Below, piece after piece: positions 12,650 to 27,512 of a stretch of DNA of 64,000 nt. The translations under genes were made by a program, and so were the position numbers. This stretch comes from the human T2T-CHM13v2.0 reference genome, Homo sapiens. Position 1 is the stretch's first letter. Each line of letters starts with the position of its first letter. Location of the stretch: NCBI RefSeq assembly GCF_009914755.1, contig NC_060930.1; one strand, 5' to 3'. The notes under the pieces were generated by a model. It worked only from the letters and a program-made list of their open reading frames with translations. It searched no databases and was not told where the DNA came from.

Positions 12650-13005
12650 TTTCTTTCTTTTTTCTTTTCCTTTTTCTTTTTTCTTTTGTTTTTTTTTTTT
12701 GTTTTTGTTTTTGTTTTTGTTTTTGTTTTTGAGACAGAATCTCTCTCTGTTGCCCAGGCTGGAGTGCAGTGGCGCCATCTCGGCTCACTGCAACCTGGCC
12801 TCCCAGGTTCAAGCGATTCTCCTGCCTCAGCCTCCCTAGTAGCTGGGATTAAAGACTCTTGCCACCACACTCGGCTGATTTTTGTATTTTTAGTAGAGAG
12901 GGGGTTTCACTGGTCAGGCAGGTCTTGAACTCCTGACCTCAGGCAATCCCCCCTCCTTGGGCTCCCAAAGTGCTGGACTTACAGGCACGAGCCTCCACGC
13001 CCAGC
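12650..13005 (-). mobile_element. AluS-like with (TTTTTG)n tail
   Basis: Antisense Alu; degraded TSD tgcaactctcagct / tgcaaccctcggcct. Confidence 0.95.
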
Positions 13006-13769
13006 TGCAACCCTCGGCCTTTTAGTCAGTGGGCTGAACACTGTGGGCTGTTACCCTCATCTCCACCTGCTTCTAAGCTCTTTCTTGACTCCTCGGGGCT
13101 AGAAGCAACCATCTTACCAGCAAGGATCCACTATCATTTGTGCCAGTACAATGCCCTTGTGTGAGATTTGGAAGGCAGAAGTCAAATGAAGTCTTCCTTC
13201 CTCCAGCAGGAGCAGTAGCCAATGACAGGCCACTCAGGTAAACGTGAGCCTTTTCTGGGGCCAGGAGTCTGGGCCTTGCCCTGCCAGCCACTCGCCCCAG
13301 GATGCTGTTTCTTGATCTCTGGGTGGAAGTAGCAATTTCCTGATGCTCACAGCTTTGCAGCTACACAGGCGAACTGGAAAGCAGTGGTACTTCTCTCGCC
13401 TTCTGTTCTCCCAATCTCTCCTGTGGTTTTTAAGTACCTAACTCCCAGTATTAAGTGCCCATTTGCTTTAAATATTGGTTTCTGTTTTCTGACTGAGGCC
13501 TGGTTGAAACAGATAGATGCTAGAAATCTTTATTTTATTTTTGCAGAAACCAAGACTCAAAGTGGTCAACAGTAGTGGGAAATCTACAACTCAATCCAAG
13601 CTTCCTGATTACAAATTTACTTTTTTTAAAAAAAACTATACCATAGCTGTATGTACATTAAATAGTTGCTCGGTATTTTGTTTCTACAAAGTTATACTTG
13701 TATACCTGCATTATGATAAAACTCCTCAAAGTGTTCGCAATTCTTTTTTTCTCCTCTTTGTCAAATTAA

Positions 13770-14054
<285 letters not shown>

Positions 14055-14474
14055 ACACAAATTCTTTAGGTAAGAAGACATTTTCTGCGAGGCAGTTTGG
14101 GTAAAGGAGAATTTTATTCAAGGGATAAAATGTAAGAGCCCTCTTCCTAAAATGAAAACAGGACCCAGTCAATGAGGAAATGGAAGTCCACACAATTCTG
14201 CCAACAAAGAGGGAGAATGATCCTTATTGGATTCCAACAATTTATACTAACTGTTTTTCCTCATTTTCCCTTCACTTGATTTCCTCAACTGTTTGTCATT
14301 TTTCTAATGATGCATAGTTTTACAAGGCAGTCTCAAGTCCTTTGTGAAATGAGACAGGGTTTAACAAAGTGTTTCCATAGACACCCACTCTGCACACATA
14401 CTGAGGTCTAGAAAATGTTCCCTGCCACCTGAGGTTGAGATCTGACCTGACACCTAACTCTACGGTCAATGCCA

Positions 14475-14597
14475 GGCCAACAGCATCAGCCTCACCCAGG
14501 ATTTTGTCAGAAACACACGCTCTCAGGCCCCTCCCCAGACCTGTGTTGGAAACTTTGGGGACTCTGTTGCATGCTTAAGTTGGAGAACCATCACTGT
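14475..14597. mobile_element. MER5A-like
   Basis: cagcatcagcctcacc...ttgtcagaaa...ctcaggcccctccccagacct...ttggagaaccatcactg. Confidence 0.75.
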
Positions 14598-14689
14598 AGA
14601 CATTTGACTCAAATCAGAAACACTTCCCCTCCTACTTCCCCATTCACGGCCTCTATACCCACCATCCTAAAGCTGTATAAAAGCAAGGG

Positions 14690-14845
14690 AAACATCAGAA
14701 TTAGACAGGACTGTGTTCAGCTCCACCTTCTAGCATTCAGGGTGACCTTGTGCAATACTGAGTCTGGCTTCTGAGGCTGGGCTTCCCAATCTGTACAACA
14801 GAAACCTCATGCTACCTAGTGAGGCTGCTGTAAGAATTAGCAGTA
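14690..14845 (+). mobile_element. MIR
   Basis: agacaggactgtgttcagctccacc...gtgaccttgtgcaa...cccaatctgtacaa. Confidence 0.7.
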
Positions 14846-14999
14846 GTTCTCAATCAACGGCAGCAGCGATCCCTTCTGTGTCGTAACACCCTTGCCTCTC
14901 TGCAGTAATATGAAGGCACATATTGCTTTTCAATTACACAGCCTGCATCTTTCCCTCCATGGGAATTGCAATCCATTTCAGCTGATAGATGAGTCAAGA

Positions 15000-15250
15000 A
15001 AAAAATGGCAATAAACATGAAGATACAGAAGGAGCATAGTGAAGAAAGCAAGCAAAAGAGAAAAAGAAGGGATGAGAAGAAAGCAAAACATAGGTGAGAA
15101 AAAAAAGGAACAGGAGAAGTTTAGGAAGAATGAAGAAGGAAAAAAGTGACCAGGAAGCAGGTGGGGAAAAAGAGAAAAGAAAAAGTGGGGAAAGAGAAAA
15201 AATGATGAGAAGAGAGAAAGCATCAGTGGAAGGGAGGGAAATGAATGAGT
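15000..15250 (+). repeat. GA-rich low-complexity tract
   Basis: Long purine-rich tract. Confidence 0.8.
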
Positions 15251-15699
15251 CCAAGTTCTGCTGGGAGCCGAGCTTTCTGTCCCTCCTAGCATGAGACTCT
15301 ACCTAATTACCCTGCCCCTCCAAGCCGCTTCTCAGGCTGGAAAGTGGTCTTCTGTCTGGAAAAAGCCATAAGCATCTTATGTACATATGTTCCACCTAAT
15401 CCCTGGCAGTGCAGCCTGGGTGCCTGCAGATGGGGTCATGGGTTTGTGCCAGCTGCCACGTGGTGTGGGCAGCTCAGGCAACTCCAGTCCTGGATACCCA
15501 CAAGCCAGAAGCTCAAGTGGCACCCTTCATCTCCCCAGACCCTGGCCAGGAGCAGGAAGGACTTCTTCCTTTCCCAATTTAAGGGCTGGAAACCAAAGAG
15601 AGTCCAGATTCTATTTCCAGTCTCCTCACATTGCTTCCTCCCTAAGCTTTTCCTCCCAAAGCCAGCTTGGTCTGGATGGGCAAGCATCCAGTTCTTTCA

Positions 15700-15842
15700 A
15701 ATGAAAAGATGAGAATGAGAGAAAGAAAGGGGGAGAGAACAGAGGCACAGGGAGGAAAGGAAGGAAGAATGGAGAAGAGGAAGAAGGGAGAAGAGGAGAG
15801 GAGAGGAGAGGAGGCGAGGGGAGAAGAAGGGAACCAGAAGGG
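15700..15842 (+). repeat. GA-rich low-complexity tract
   Basis: gagaaagaaagggggagag...gaggagaggagaggagaggag. Confidence 0.85.
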
Positions 15843-17406
15843 GAACCTGTCCTTGCTCACTCTCTTTCACTTAAAATGTAACTCTACCTGGAGACAAAGA
15901 ATTTGCCCAAAAGAGCATCGCCCCCGACACGGATTTTTTTTTCACAAGTTTCGGTTTTCCTCTTTCTTTTCTTTCTTTTTTAAAAGCAGGAATGAATTCA
16001 ATCCTAGAGTCTCATGAGAGGAGATCACTCAGCCTGCTAGAAGGACCATCCTGTCTGGAATCACAGGAATTAAGAGAAACCACAACTTTTCTCAACTCTC
16101 AGCGCAACATAAAACATGTCAGCACTTGGGAAAAGGCAGGTGAGTGACAAAGAAAAGCCCTTGCAATGAACTCATTCCTTCCTGGTTGTCTGTCCGGGTC
16201 TGCTTGCTATCCACTCGCCAATCTAGAGACCTCTCTCTCCACACCCTCCTCTCCAGAACCCACCCCACATCCTGACCGCTCTGCAAAATGATAGGTGTGA
16301 TTAACCTGCCACACACTTGAACTTAGAGAGAAAGTGTGTTAAGGAAACAGGAAAGGGAGGGGAAATAATGTGAATATCAAATGTATGGTATATACCAAGT
16401 AGGTTAGCAGGGCAAGCCTTAAGTGAAGGGTGAGAAAGCAGCATTCGGCCGCACAGGTGCACTTGGGGAGTTGAGAGTTAAGCTTCATTCACTCACATTT
16501 CATTCTGCAGCGACAAAGGCTGCGAAGAACCACCTTGAGCTTAAAAAATGCCCAAGCATGATGGGACAGAATAGGATGGGTTACCAGGGAATCTTAAGAT
16601 GGGGTCGGCGATGCTCCACAGAGCAGTTGGTCTTGCACCTAAGAACACCTTATGTGTAATTCGCCAAGGTTAAGCAGGGCCCCTCTCAGAATTTCACCTT
16701 GGCCCCTCCTTCATGGCCATGGTTTTAGGGCAGCACCTCCAATGAGAATGGAAAAGGGCACACCTTTTGCTTTTCCCCAGACACAGAATTCAACCACTAG
16801 TGCAATGCGTGGAGAACACAGACTTTCCAGGCTTCCTGTTTAAATCTCTCCAAGGAAAGGTATTTACAACACACCAGGCTGGGATGAGTCATTCAAAATA
16901 CTCAAGAATTTTCAGCTCCATTTTAAAGGCAAACAAGCCGGATCTCTTCAAAAACTGCCTTTGGGAAGGGCCGAAGAGTAGTCAGGAGATTCTATCCTGA
17001 CTTCATCTGGCCATCTATGTAACGAATGATTGCTCTGGTATCTCTTTACTCAGGGCCAGCTCTGCCACACACCCCACCCTCCACCTCTCCATCCAGCTAA
17101 TCCTCACCATGGCGCCCTCCAGAGCATTCCCAGGCCAGCTTCTGACACCTCTACTACCTCTGACTGAGGGGAGCAGTAATTTTTTAAAAAAGAAAAGAAA
17201 TCCCCACTTTTTTTTCTCCTTCCTTAGGGCAGAAAATCCAGAATTATTAAATAATGATAACCTAAAGCTGTACAACATAAATTACTGACAGTTTCCCCTT
17301 GGAAGACTGAAAATAAAATTACCTTAAGCCAGCATAATTCCTTAGCACACAAAGGCAAGCTCTAAAATAGCAAACATGGACTGAAGCTTTGCACATTTCC
17401 AGGTAA

Positions 17407-17694
<288 letters not shown>

Positions 17695-17944
17695 TAAAGA
17701 GAGGTCCCCAGAAGTTATCTTTGAGGTCACTCATGTTCCAGGAACTCCATCTTTGTGTATGGCTTCTGGAAGCCACAGAAGGACTGTCTGCCCAAAGGAC
17801 TTGGGAAGGGCCCCAGACTCCAGTGCCCCGGTACTAACAACGTCTTTCTGGTGTGCATTCACACAAAAGCGCATAACTACTTTTCTCTTGAACAAAACCA
17901 GGGATAACAAATCGTGATTGTAATTTTACAGGTGTCTTTTTAAG

Positions 17945-19925
17945 AAATAATATACTTTATGTTTCAGAACAGTCTTAGATCTACAGAAAAATTCACAAAA
18001 TAGTACATAGAGTTCCCATGTACCCTGATACCCATTTTCTTCTATTATTAACATCTCACATTATGATGTTGCACTTGTTAACAATTAATGAACCAGTATT
18101 GATAATGAAGTCCATACTTTTTTCAGATTTCCTAAATTTGTACCTTAGCTTTCTGTTACATTTTGTTTTTCCTTTCTGGGCACTGCATTACATTTAGAGA
18201 TCATATCTCCTTCAGCTCCTCTTGTCTGTGATAGTTTCTCAGACTCTCCTTGTGCCTTGTGTTTGATGACTTTGGCAGTTTTGAGGAATACTGCTCAGGA
18301 ATTTTGTAGAGCATTCTTTGACTGGGTTTGTCTAATGCTTTTCTTATGATTAGACTAGGTTATGGGCTTTTGGGAGAAAGAGCATAAAAGTGAAGCACCG
18401 TTCTGCTCATATCATGCCAAGCTTACACGCCATCAACGTGACCTATGACTATTTGTGCTGACCTTGATCACCTCGCTGAGGTACTGCTGGTCAGATTTCT
18501 CCACTGTGAAGTTACTCTTTTTCCCCTTTCTCCATAAGGAAGTCACTATGTGCAGTGAACACTTAAGGAGTGAAGAGCTATGCCCCACCTGCTTGAGGGT
18601 GAAGTTATCTACATAAATTCATATCTGGAATTCTTGTATATGAGAGATTTGTTGACCTGTCCCATTTATTTAATTATATCAGTATAGACTCATGGACATT
18701 GATTTTATACTTTGCATTATAATTCAATGCTACTTTATTCTATTGCTCAAATAAATTTTGAGCAATAAATTTGCTCTTTGGCCATTGGGAGTTCTTTCCA
18801 GTGGCTCTTGTGCCCTTTTGACATATCCCCATCAATTTGGCAGAAGGAAGAGAACACTTCCTTACTTTCTGGCACTACAGTATGCCTCAGGCTCATTTTG
18901 TATTTTTTTGCCCCAGTCCTATTTCTCCAAGGAGCTCTGGGTCCTTTTATGTGAGAATGATGCTAGAAACCAAGATCTGGGTGCTAGGTGTACTCCTTGC
19001 TACTAGGGTGTCTTTTTATTGTTTGTTTGTTTGGTTGGTTTTTTAGACCCTGTCAGCTGACAGAGAAAAGAAGTATTTGTTTGTATACTACTGTATATAC
19101 ATACATACCACACATACACACACACACACACGTACATACATACATTTATATACATACAAACATGCATACACAGTTTTTTATATATATAATATTTCTATAT
19201 GTAACCATCTTATATTAAGTTAAACATGAGTTTTTACTGATGTTTCCAACTGTAAGCTGTTACCACATGGACCATTCTAGCTTCTTTCTCTTGATTTTCT
19301 GTAAATACCGACTCCAACAGTGTGAAATCTCTCTCCTACCATCCACTATTCATTTATTTCATGTTCATTACAGTATAGCTATAGCAATAATAAGAATTGT
19401 TAACCTGTAACACTGTGAGAAAGAACGTTATCAGCTAGAGTACAGTGCTTGTGTGCAGTCATTTTGCCTTTAGTCTTACATAGTCTACTCATTTCCAGTA
19501 GTATTTAGGTCAGTACCGTTTCTCCCACCCTCTTCAGTGAGGTTGTTCCATACATTTTTAATACAGTTAGCCTCTCTTATTACAGTCTGCATTTCTTCCT
19601 GAGATCCCACAACCTTCTAAATGACCTTTTCTTTTTATACACTGTATATATTAAAATTTTATGGGTTTTGACAAATGCATAATGTCATGTATCTGCCATT
19701 ATAGTACCATCCAGACTAATGTCACCACCCTAAAAACCCCTGTGCGTCATCTCTTTGTCCCTCCCAACTAACCCCTGCCAACCACTCATCTTTTTACTGT
19801 CTCTGTGGTTTCGTCTTCTCTGGATTGTTGTATAGTTGGAATCATTCAGTATGTAGGCTTTTCAGATTTGTTTCTTTTACTTAGTAATATGCATTTAAGG
19901 TTCTTCCATGTCTTATTGTATCTGG
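17945..19925 (-). mobile_element. Old L1 3' region (L1MC/L1MD type)
   Basis: gaacagtcttagatctacagaaaaatt...atagtacatagagttccca...ttttgacaaatgcataatgtcatgtatc...gttggaatcattcagtatgtagg. Confidence 0.85.
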
Positions 19926-20079
19926 TTTGTTTTTTAATTGACTCCAGGAAAGAAAAAATAAGCAGCCCAAATCTGTCACTTCACCTAATTTTGTTTCCCA
20001 ACCCAAGCCAAGCCATTTCCTACACATCTGGATTCAGATATCATACGAGAAAACACGTTCCTCGACACCCATATAAAAC

Positions 20080-20280
20080 TGCAGTCCCCGGCCCTCATTC
20101 TTTCCTGGCTTTATTTTTAGCACTTTCTCATACACCTTTACTTTTATTTATTCATATTGTTTAATGTCTGTCTCCATGAGCACAGGGGTTATTGCTATTT
20201 TATTTTTTGTTGTTTTTCCAGCTCTTGAAATAGTGTCTGCCATGTAGGGCCCTTGGTAAACATCGAATGAATACATCAAA
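20080..20280 (+). mobile_element. L2 3' end
   Basis: gtctgtctccatgagcacagggg...aaatagtgtctgccatgtagggcccttggtaaacatcgaatgaat. Confidence 0.7.
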
Positions 20281-20546
20281 TTGACACCCCCCAAAAATAT
20301 TTATGTGCACTCGTGTGCTTGACTCCATGGCTGGCATGCCCCTTGGCTTGAGAGGAAATCAAGAAATTAGGATGGGAAGATGGAGTGAGGAGGTGTAAGG
20401 AAGTGGTGGCTGCTCTCAGTTCCTTATCCTACCTACATGCTTGCCATGGTGGCTGACATTTCTCTCTTAGAGATTAATTTAGTTGGGGTTCTTTTTCTCT
20501 ACTAGAATTTTGATTTGTGTTTTTAAACATTTAATAGAATGGTTTT

Positions 20547-21185
<639 letters not shown>

Positions 21186-21769
21186 TGGCTTTAAGTGACT
21201 TTTTAAATTTCTGAATGTTTATTGTAATGAGTCAAATAATTTAGAGAAACCCAAAGAGTATTAAAGAAGAATCTTAACTCTCTTCCCCACTCCCCTGAAC
21301 TGCACTTAGAGCTGGGCAGCTGGGGCCCCTGCCCTGAGCCCTCTGCATTAGAAGGCCAAGCCTTACCTATGGAACAGGAGTCTTCAGGGCCAAGAAGATA
21401 TGCCCATCTGCAGTCAGTGACTCTCCTGCTAGACCACATTCCAGGTGACCAGGATGCTAGAAGTCCCTGTCCGCCTGGCCTCCAGCCCTCTTCCAAGACC
21501 AAAGTGGGCCTCCTCCTGGGCCTGTCCTCCCAATGGCAGACTGGCCCAGGATGAGCACACCCCTAGACCCAAGGAGCGTTTGTATGGAGTGAATGAACTG
21601 GGGTAAGCAGCGTGGGGTGCCAACAATTGTGTGCACAAGGTCTCCTCAGGTGCACAAGGGACTAGAGTAAAAAGCAGGGGAGACAAGGCCCGAGTTTCCA
21701 TTGTTTCCATTTGATTTCTTGCCTTGGGCGCGCCACCTGCCTCACAATGCTGAGACCAGGCCAGGCTCC

Positions 21770-22700
21770 CCCACTATAATTCCATCCTCCTGAGGTGACA
21801 ATGGTAATGGTTTTGGTATGTAACCTTCACACCCTTCTATATGGGTTCACAAACATGTAGAAACATAAACACATATGGAAGGGGTTTTCTCTCTTTCTCG
21901 ATCACTTGTTTATGAAAACGGTATCCTAATACACAATATAACATATATCATGATTCTCTCCACTGTACATGTAGATCCACGGCCTTCTTTTTATAATGTG
22001 CCACAGAATGAATGCATGTTTCCTTATGATGGATATTCAGTGTTCTCCTCCCACCCAGCTTCCCACCTTAAACAACACTGAAATAATCTTTATACCTACA
22101 GTCTTACGTCCTGGTGCTTTTATTTTCTTAGCCATAACTTGGATTCCTAGAAATAGGATTAGTGGTTCAGTTAAAGAATATAAACATTTATTTTATAGAT
22201 GCATCCAAACTACTTTGGTAAATACACCAATCTGTACCAGTACTGGCAATGGATAACATGCCCATTTCACCAAACCTCCCCACTCTGGATGCTATAAATT
22301 GTTTTAAATTTTGAACATTGGATAGGTAGAAACTGATGTCTGGTTAATTTCACTTCTATTTCCCTGACTGCAGTGAGGTTCACCATCTTTTCATATACTC
22401 TAGCCATTCGTATTTCCTCTTCCATAAATTGCCTATTGTTAGCCTTTGAGCATTTTTCTGTTGAGATGTTAGCTTTCTCATATCAAATTGTAAACATTTA
22501 ATTAATAAACTTCAGTAGTTATAAGATTATCAACTTTTTTCCTGACGTTTATCAAATTTAAGGTATATTCTCATGTAGATAGTTCTCAGTTTTGGGGGTA
22601 GTCAAATCTGCAATCTTTTTTCTTTTTAAATGTTTCCTGGGTCTCCTAGCTTATTTAAACAGAATCTCTACCTATCCTCCTAAATGTTATCCTACCCTTT
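21770..22700 (-). mobile_element. Ancient L1 (L1ME-type) fragment
   Basis: ggattcctagaaataggatt...cccatttcaccaaacctcc...ctatttccctgactgcagtgaggttcaccatcttttcatat, antisense ORF2 end. Confidence 0.75.
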
Positions 22701-22846
22701 TTATTGTCATGTGCTTCTGTGCTCACTTCATAATAGAGCCCATTCAGAAAACAAAGGAGTCCATAGAAAGAAGAGAGTCCCTGAATTCTGTAATTCTGTG
22801 TTCTTAGGTCTTTTCTTCTGTTCTTCCATCATTAAGACTAAAATTT

Positions 22847-23171
<325 letters not shown>

Positions 23172-23599
23172 TAAGACTAAAATTTATTGTCTCCCAACAA
23201 TCTCTTCTTAAATTGTAAGCAATCCTGCAAAAGTAACACCTCAAATCCTCATCAGCAAATTAGGCTGAAATTTATGAGAGCTTTCCAAGGCAGACATGTT
23301 GGGAAAAATAAAAGGCAAAAAACAGAAAGAAGGGGGAAGAAAACAAAGGTGTGAGGGTTCTCTGCACTCATGTGTTCCTCCACACAGCAGGAATAAACTG
23401 AGTGTCTTCTCCACATAAGCGGGGCCTATGGAGAAACAAGACTCAAGGGACAACATGGTCCCTGTCACCCAGGGGTTTAGCCTTAGAGGGGAAATGAACA
23501 CTACAGTCCAAGGTAGACTATACAAGGTATGGCCAAGGGCAGAGAAGATCACTTCTGGCTGGGTGATCAGGGAAGACTTCAAAGAAGTGAGCATGCGGC

Positions 23600-23708
23600 T
23601 GTGTGGAAGGATCGTTTGAGCCCAAGAGTTAGAGGCCACTGTGTGCTATGATCTTGCCACTGCACTCCACCCTGAGCAACATAGTGAGACTTGTCTCAAA
23701 AAAAAAAG
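23600..23708 (+). mobile_element. Alu right-arm fragment (AluJ-like)
   Basis: ggaaggatcgtttgagcccaagag...gagacttgtctcaaaaa. Confidence 0.88.
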
Positions 23709-23717
23709 AGGGAGTGA

Positions 23718-23937
<220 letters not shown>

Positions 23938-24288
23938 GGGAGTGAATTTTAGATGAGGTTTCAAGAATAGCTAAGATTTCAACAGGCAGAAGAGGAGGAC
24001 TTTCAGAAGAAAATAGCATGAACAAGGACACAAAAGTGGGAGGGGGTAGAGCATTCTGGGGTAAGCAGCTTATCCAGACAAACAAGAGGTGCACATAGAG
24101 GAGCCATGAGAGATCTGCCGGAAAAGTCCGTGAGTCCAGACCTCAGGAGGCAGAGCAATGGGGAACATAGTGGCCTGCTTGGCCCCTGTGCTGGAGCTGG
24201 CCCTGAAAACAGCGGGGGTACATCCCGGGATCCCCACTTCCATCCGATCTTCAGAATCACCTGAAGCATGTTAAAAATACAGATTAAT

Positions 24289-24588
24289 GGCCGGGCGCAG
24301 TGGCTCAGGCCTGTAATCCCAGCACTTTGGGAGGCCGAGGCAGGCGGATCACGAGGACGAGAGATCGAGACCATCCTGGCCAACATGCTGAAACCCTGTC
24401 TCCACTAAAAATACAAATATTAGTTGGGTGTGGTGGCAGGTGCCTGTAGTCCCAGCTACTTGGGAGGCTGAGGCAGGAGAATCGCTTGAACCTTTGGAGG
24501 CGGAGCTTGCAGTGAGTGGAGATCGCACCATTGCACTCCAGCCTGGTGACAGAGCGAGATTCCATCTCAAAAAAAAAAACAAAAAAAA
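24289..24588 (+). mobile_element. AluSc/Y-like inserted in a MER5-like element (~24205-24680)
   Basis: gagatcgagaccatcctggccaacatg; flank tcagaatcacctgaagcatgttaaaaatacagatt is MER5-like. Confidence 0.92.
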
Positions 24589-24789
24589 CCCAGATTCATT
24601 ACACTCAGTGTGTCCCGCCTCAAACCAACTAAATCTAAATGCCTCAGTAATTTTGATGATATGCCAGCTAGGAACTTCTACTTCTGGCTAAATCTGCCCC
24701 CAAGGAAGTGTGATCATATTTGTAGGATTCCTTAGAAATTATGTGTTCCTCCACTTCCTCTAGTCTGGCTTCCCCATGAAAACGCAGCC

Positions 24790-25495
24790 GCGTTGGTAGC
24801 AAAGACCAGCTGCTTTGGCTGTCCAGCTTCATTATCTTGGCTTTTTCCCTGGTAACTGTCCCAGATTCTCCGTAGGTGTTTACTTTGTGTGAGTCAGCTG
24901 GCTCTAGTGTAAAGCATGTGACCTGGGTCTAAGCCAATCAGCATCTCATAAGCCTCCTGCCATGACTGGTTCAGGGATAGGCCCTTAGTCCAATCAGAGA
25001 CCATGAAATGCAATGAGGCTTTGCCTAGAAATGCTGAGCTAAAGATCTTCACTTTCTATGCAGGTTTTGAAGCCAGGAGCCCCTCTTATTGAGATCTATT
25101 GGCAACCATCTTGTGAAGGAAGAGCCCATTGTGTAGGAGGCAGATGCTGGAGAAAAAGAGACAACAGGGCCGGGTTTTATCATTTGAGACTTGAGTAAAG
25201 TCATACCGGAAGTCACACCCAGTCTACCCTGGGAAGCTTGGTTACAAGGGCCAGTAAATTCCCTTTTCTTTTCTTTTCTTTTCTTTTTTTTCTTTTTTTT
25301 TTTTAAGAGATGGGGGTCTTACTCTGTTTCCCAGGTTACTCTCGAACTCCTGGCCTGAAGCCCCCTGTCTCTGCCTCCCAAAGTTCTGGGATTACAGGCT
25401 TGAGCTACTGTGCCTGACTAAATTCCCTTTTTGATTAAGCCTGTTTAGATTAGGTTTCTTGTCAACCTGCAACTGAAAGAATTATCGCCAATACA
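24790..25495 (+). mobile_element. Old MaLR LTR (MLT1K/L-like) interrupted by an antisense FLAM (~25270-25418)
   Basis: 3' end ttaagcctgtttagattaggtttcttgtcaacctgcaactgaaaga...aataca; FLAM TSD taaattccctttt. Confidence 0.75.
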
Positions 25496-25834
25496 AGGTA
25501 CAAAGTCCTGAAAGGTAAGCTCTTTGAAGCACAAGAAAAGCAGGAACCCTCAGTCTTCTTTATAAAGGAGATGTCCTCATGAGAGAGACACGGGCCACTG
25601 GCAACTTGAATTCATCTGGAATATTCATAAGCTTCTAGAAATGGCAAAGAAAATGGTTTATTTGATTGGCCAAAGAAGGACTCTCCTGATGATGTAATAA
25701 TTTCATCTCCTTGCTTCCTTGGCTGTATTGCAGATTTGACAAAGTATTAAAATGGCACATTGTAAAAAATCTTTATATTACGTAAGCATAAAGTGTTCTG
25801 CAAAAATCAGAAAGAATTGTGCTGGTTTGGTGAT

Positions 25835-25845
25835 TGCTGAGTCAT
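25835..25845 (+). promoter_or_regulatory. Consensus ARE/NF-E2 (CNC-sMAF) site TGCTGAGTCAT
   Basis: Exact 11-bp consensus in apparently non-repeat DNA near other bZIP motifs; function unproven. Confidence 0.45.
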
Positions 25846-26484
25846 AAAAGTAAAACATAAAAAGTAAGGTTTGCCGTAAACAGCACTATAAAGGATTTAG
25901 TGAACCTAACATGAGTATAAATTACCAAAAGTATGGATAGTGCACAGGGAAAAAGTAAGGTTATCGTTGTATTTTAGTAAAAGAGTCAGTAAATTCTTAT
26001 AAGATACAAGCTGGAATGGCCCATAAAATAACTTCAGGGAAGAAAGTTTAAAAATAATGAGAAAAAAATTAAAATAACGATTGATTGCATTTGGGGGAGA
26101 AGAGGGAAGTCTTTAAAAAAAAATGTAACTTGCAGCCCTTTCTTGCTGTTTTTCATTTATGCATCTGTACCAGGCAGCTGATCAGAAGGACCCATTTTAT
26201 CTGCCACCACGTGTTTTTGGACAGTGTGCTCAGTTTGGGATGTAACTTTGGTAGGTCATGTTCATTTGCCCTTACTTTACCATGAAATTATTAAAGGGAC
26301 AATTGTCTGATTTCTATCCTAGCTGGTGGAGGGATTGCTTTCTTGTTTTACCCACATTGTATATATATTTTATTTCAGAGTAGATAGATGGGAGGGAGCA
26401 TTTACAATTCATGTAAGTACTCATTTTAGAGATAAGAAAACAGATCTAAAGAATGATAATCAATGTGTTGCACCTTCTTCAGTA

Positions 26485-26722
26485 TAGTAGTCCCTTAGTA
26501 TACATGGGGAATTGGTTCCAGGACCCCCACATGTACCCCAAATCTGCAGACACTCAAGTCCCACAGTCAGCCCTGCAGAACCTGAGTACGTGAAAAGTCA
26601 ACCCTCCTTATACATGAGTTTACCATCCCACCAATACTGTATTTTCCATCCATCTTTGGTTGAAAAAAGTCCACATAAGTAGACCCCTGCAGTTCCAACT
26701 CCCGTTGTGCAAGAATCAACTG
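26485..26722 (+). mobile_element. MER8 (Tc1/mariner-Tigger MITE), full length
   Basis: ggggaattggttccaggaccccc...ctcaagtcccacagtcagccctgcagaacc...tcaactg, flanked by TA on both sides. Confidence 0.9.
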
Positions 26723-26724
26723 TA

Positions 26725-26887
26725 AAATGTTATTGGAGAACAACATGCCCATTTCTTTATGTATTGTCTGTAACTGCTTACATGCTACAAAGGCAGAATT
26801 GTAGTAGTTTCAACATAGACTGTATAGCCTGCAAAGCCAAAAATATTTACTGTGTGGCCCATTCAGAAAAAGCTTTTAAATCCCTGC
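26725..26887. mobile_element. MER58A half element
   Basis: ttattggagaacaacatgcccatt...gcctgcaaagccaaaaatatttactgtgtggcccattcagaaaaag. Confidence 0.85.
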
Positions 26888-27193
26888 TCTAGAACTCAAG
26901 TCTCCCAATTCTATGATGAATTTACTTCATTTCACCCAGTACTTACAGCACCTGCTGTGAGCTGGGCCTTCCAAATGGGTAAGACAGCCCCAGTACCTAC
27001 ACTCCTCCAGGAGTAGCTCCAGCTCCACTGGTATTCTTTCTACTATGCCACTATCCTTCTCAGTTAACAGCGGGAAGTGGAAAACTCGAAGTTCATTTAT
27101 TTAGCAAATAGTATTAAGCACTGCTATATCCCAGGCACTGTTCCAGGCTTTGGGAATCCATCAGTAAGCCATAAACATATAAATCCCTGTCTT

Positions 27194-27512
<319 letters not shown>

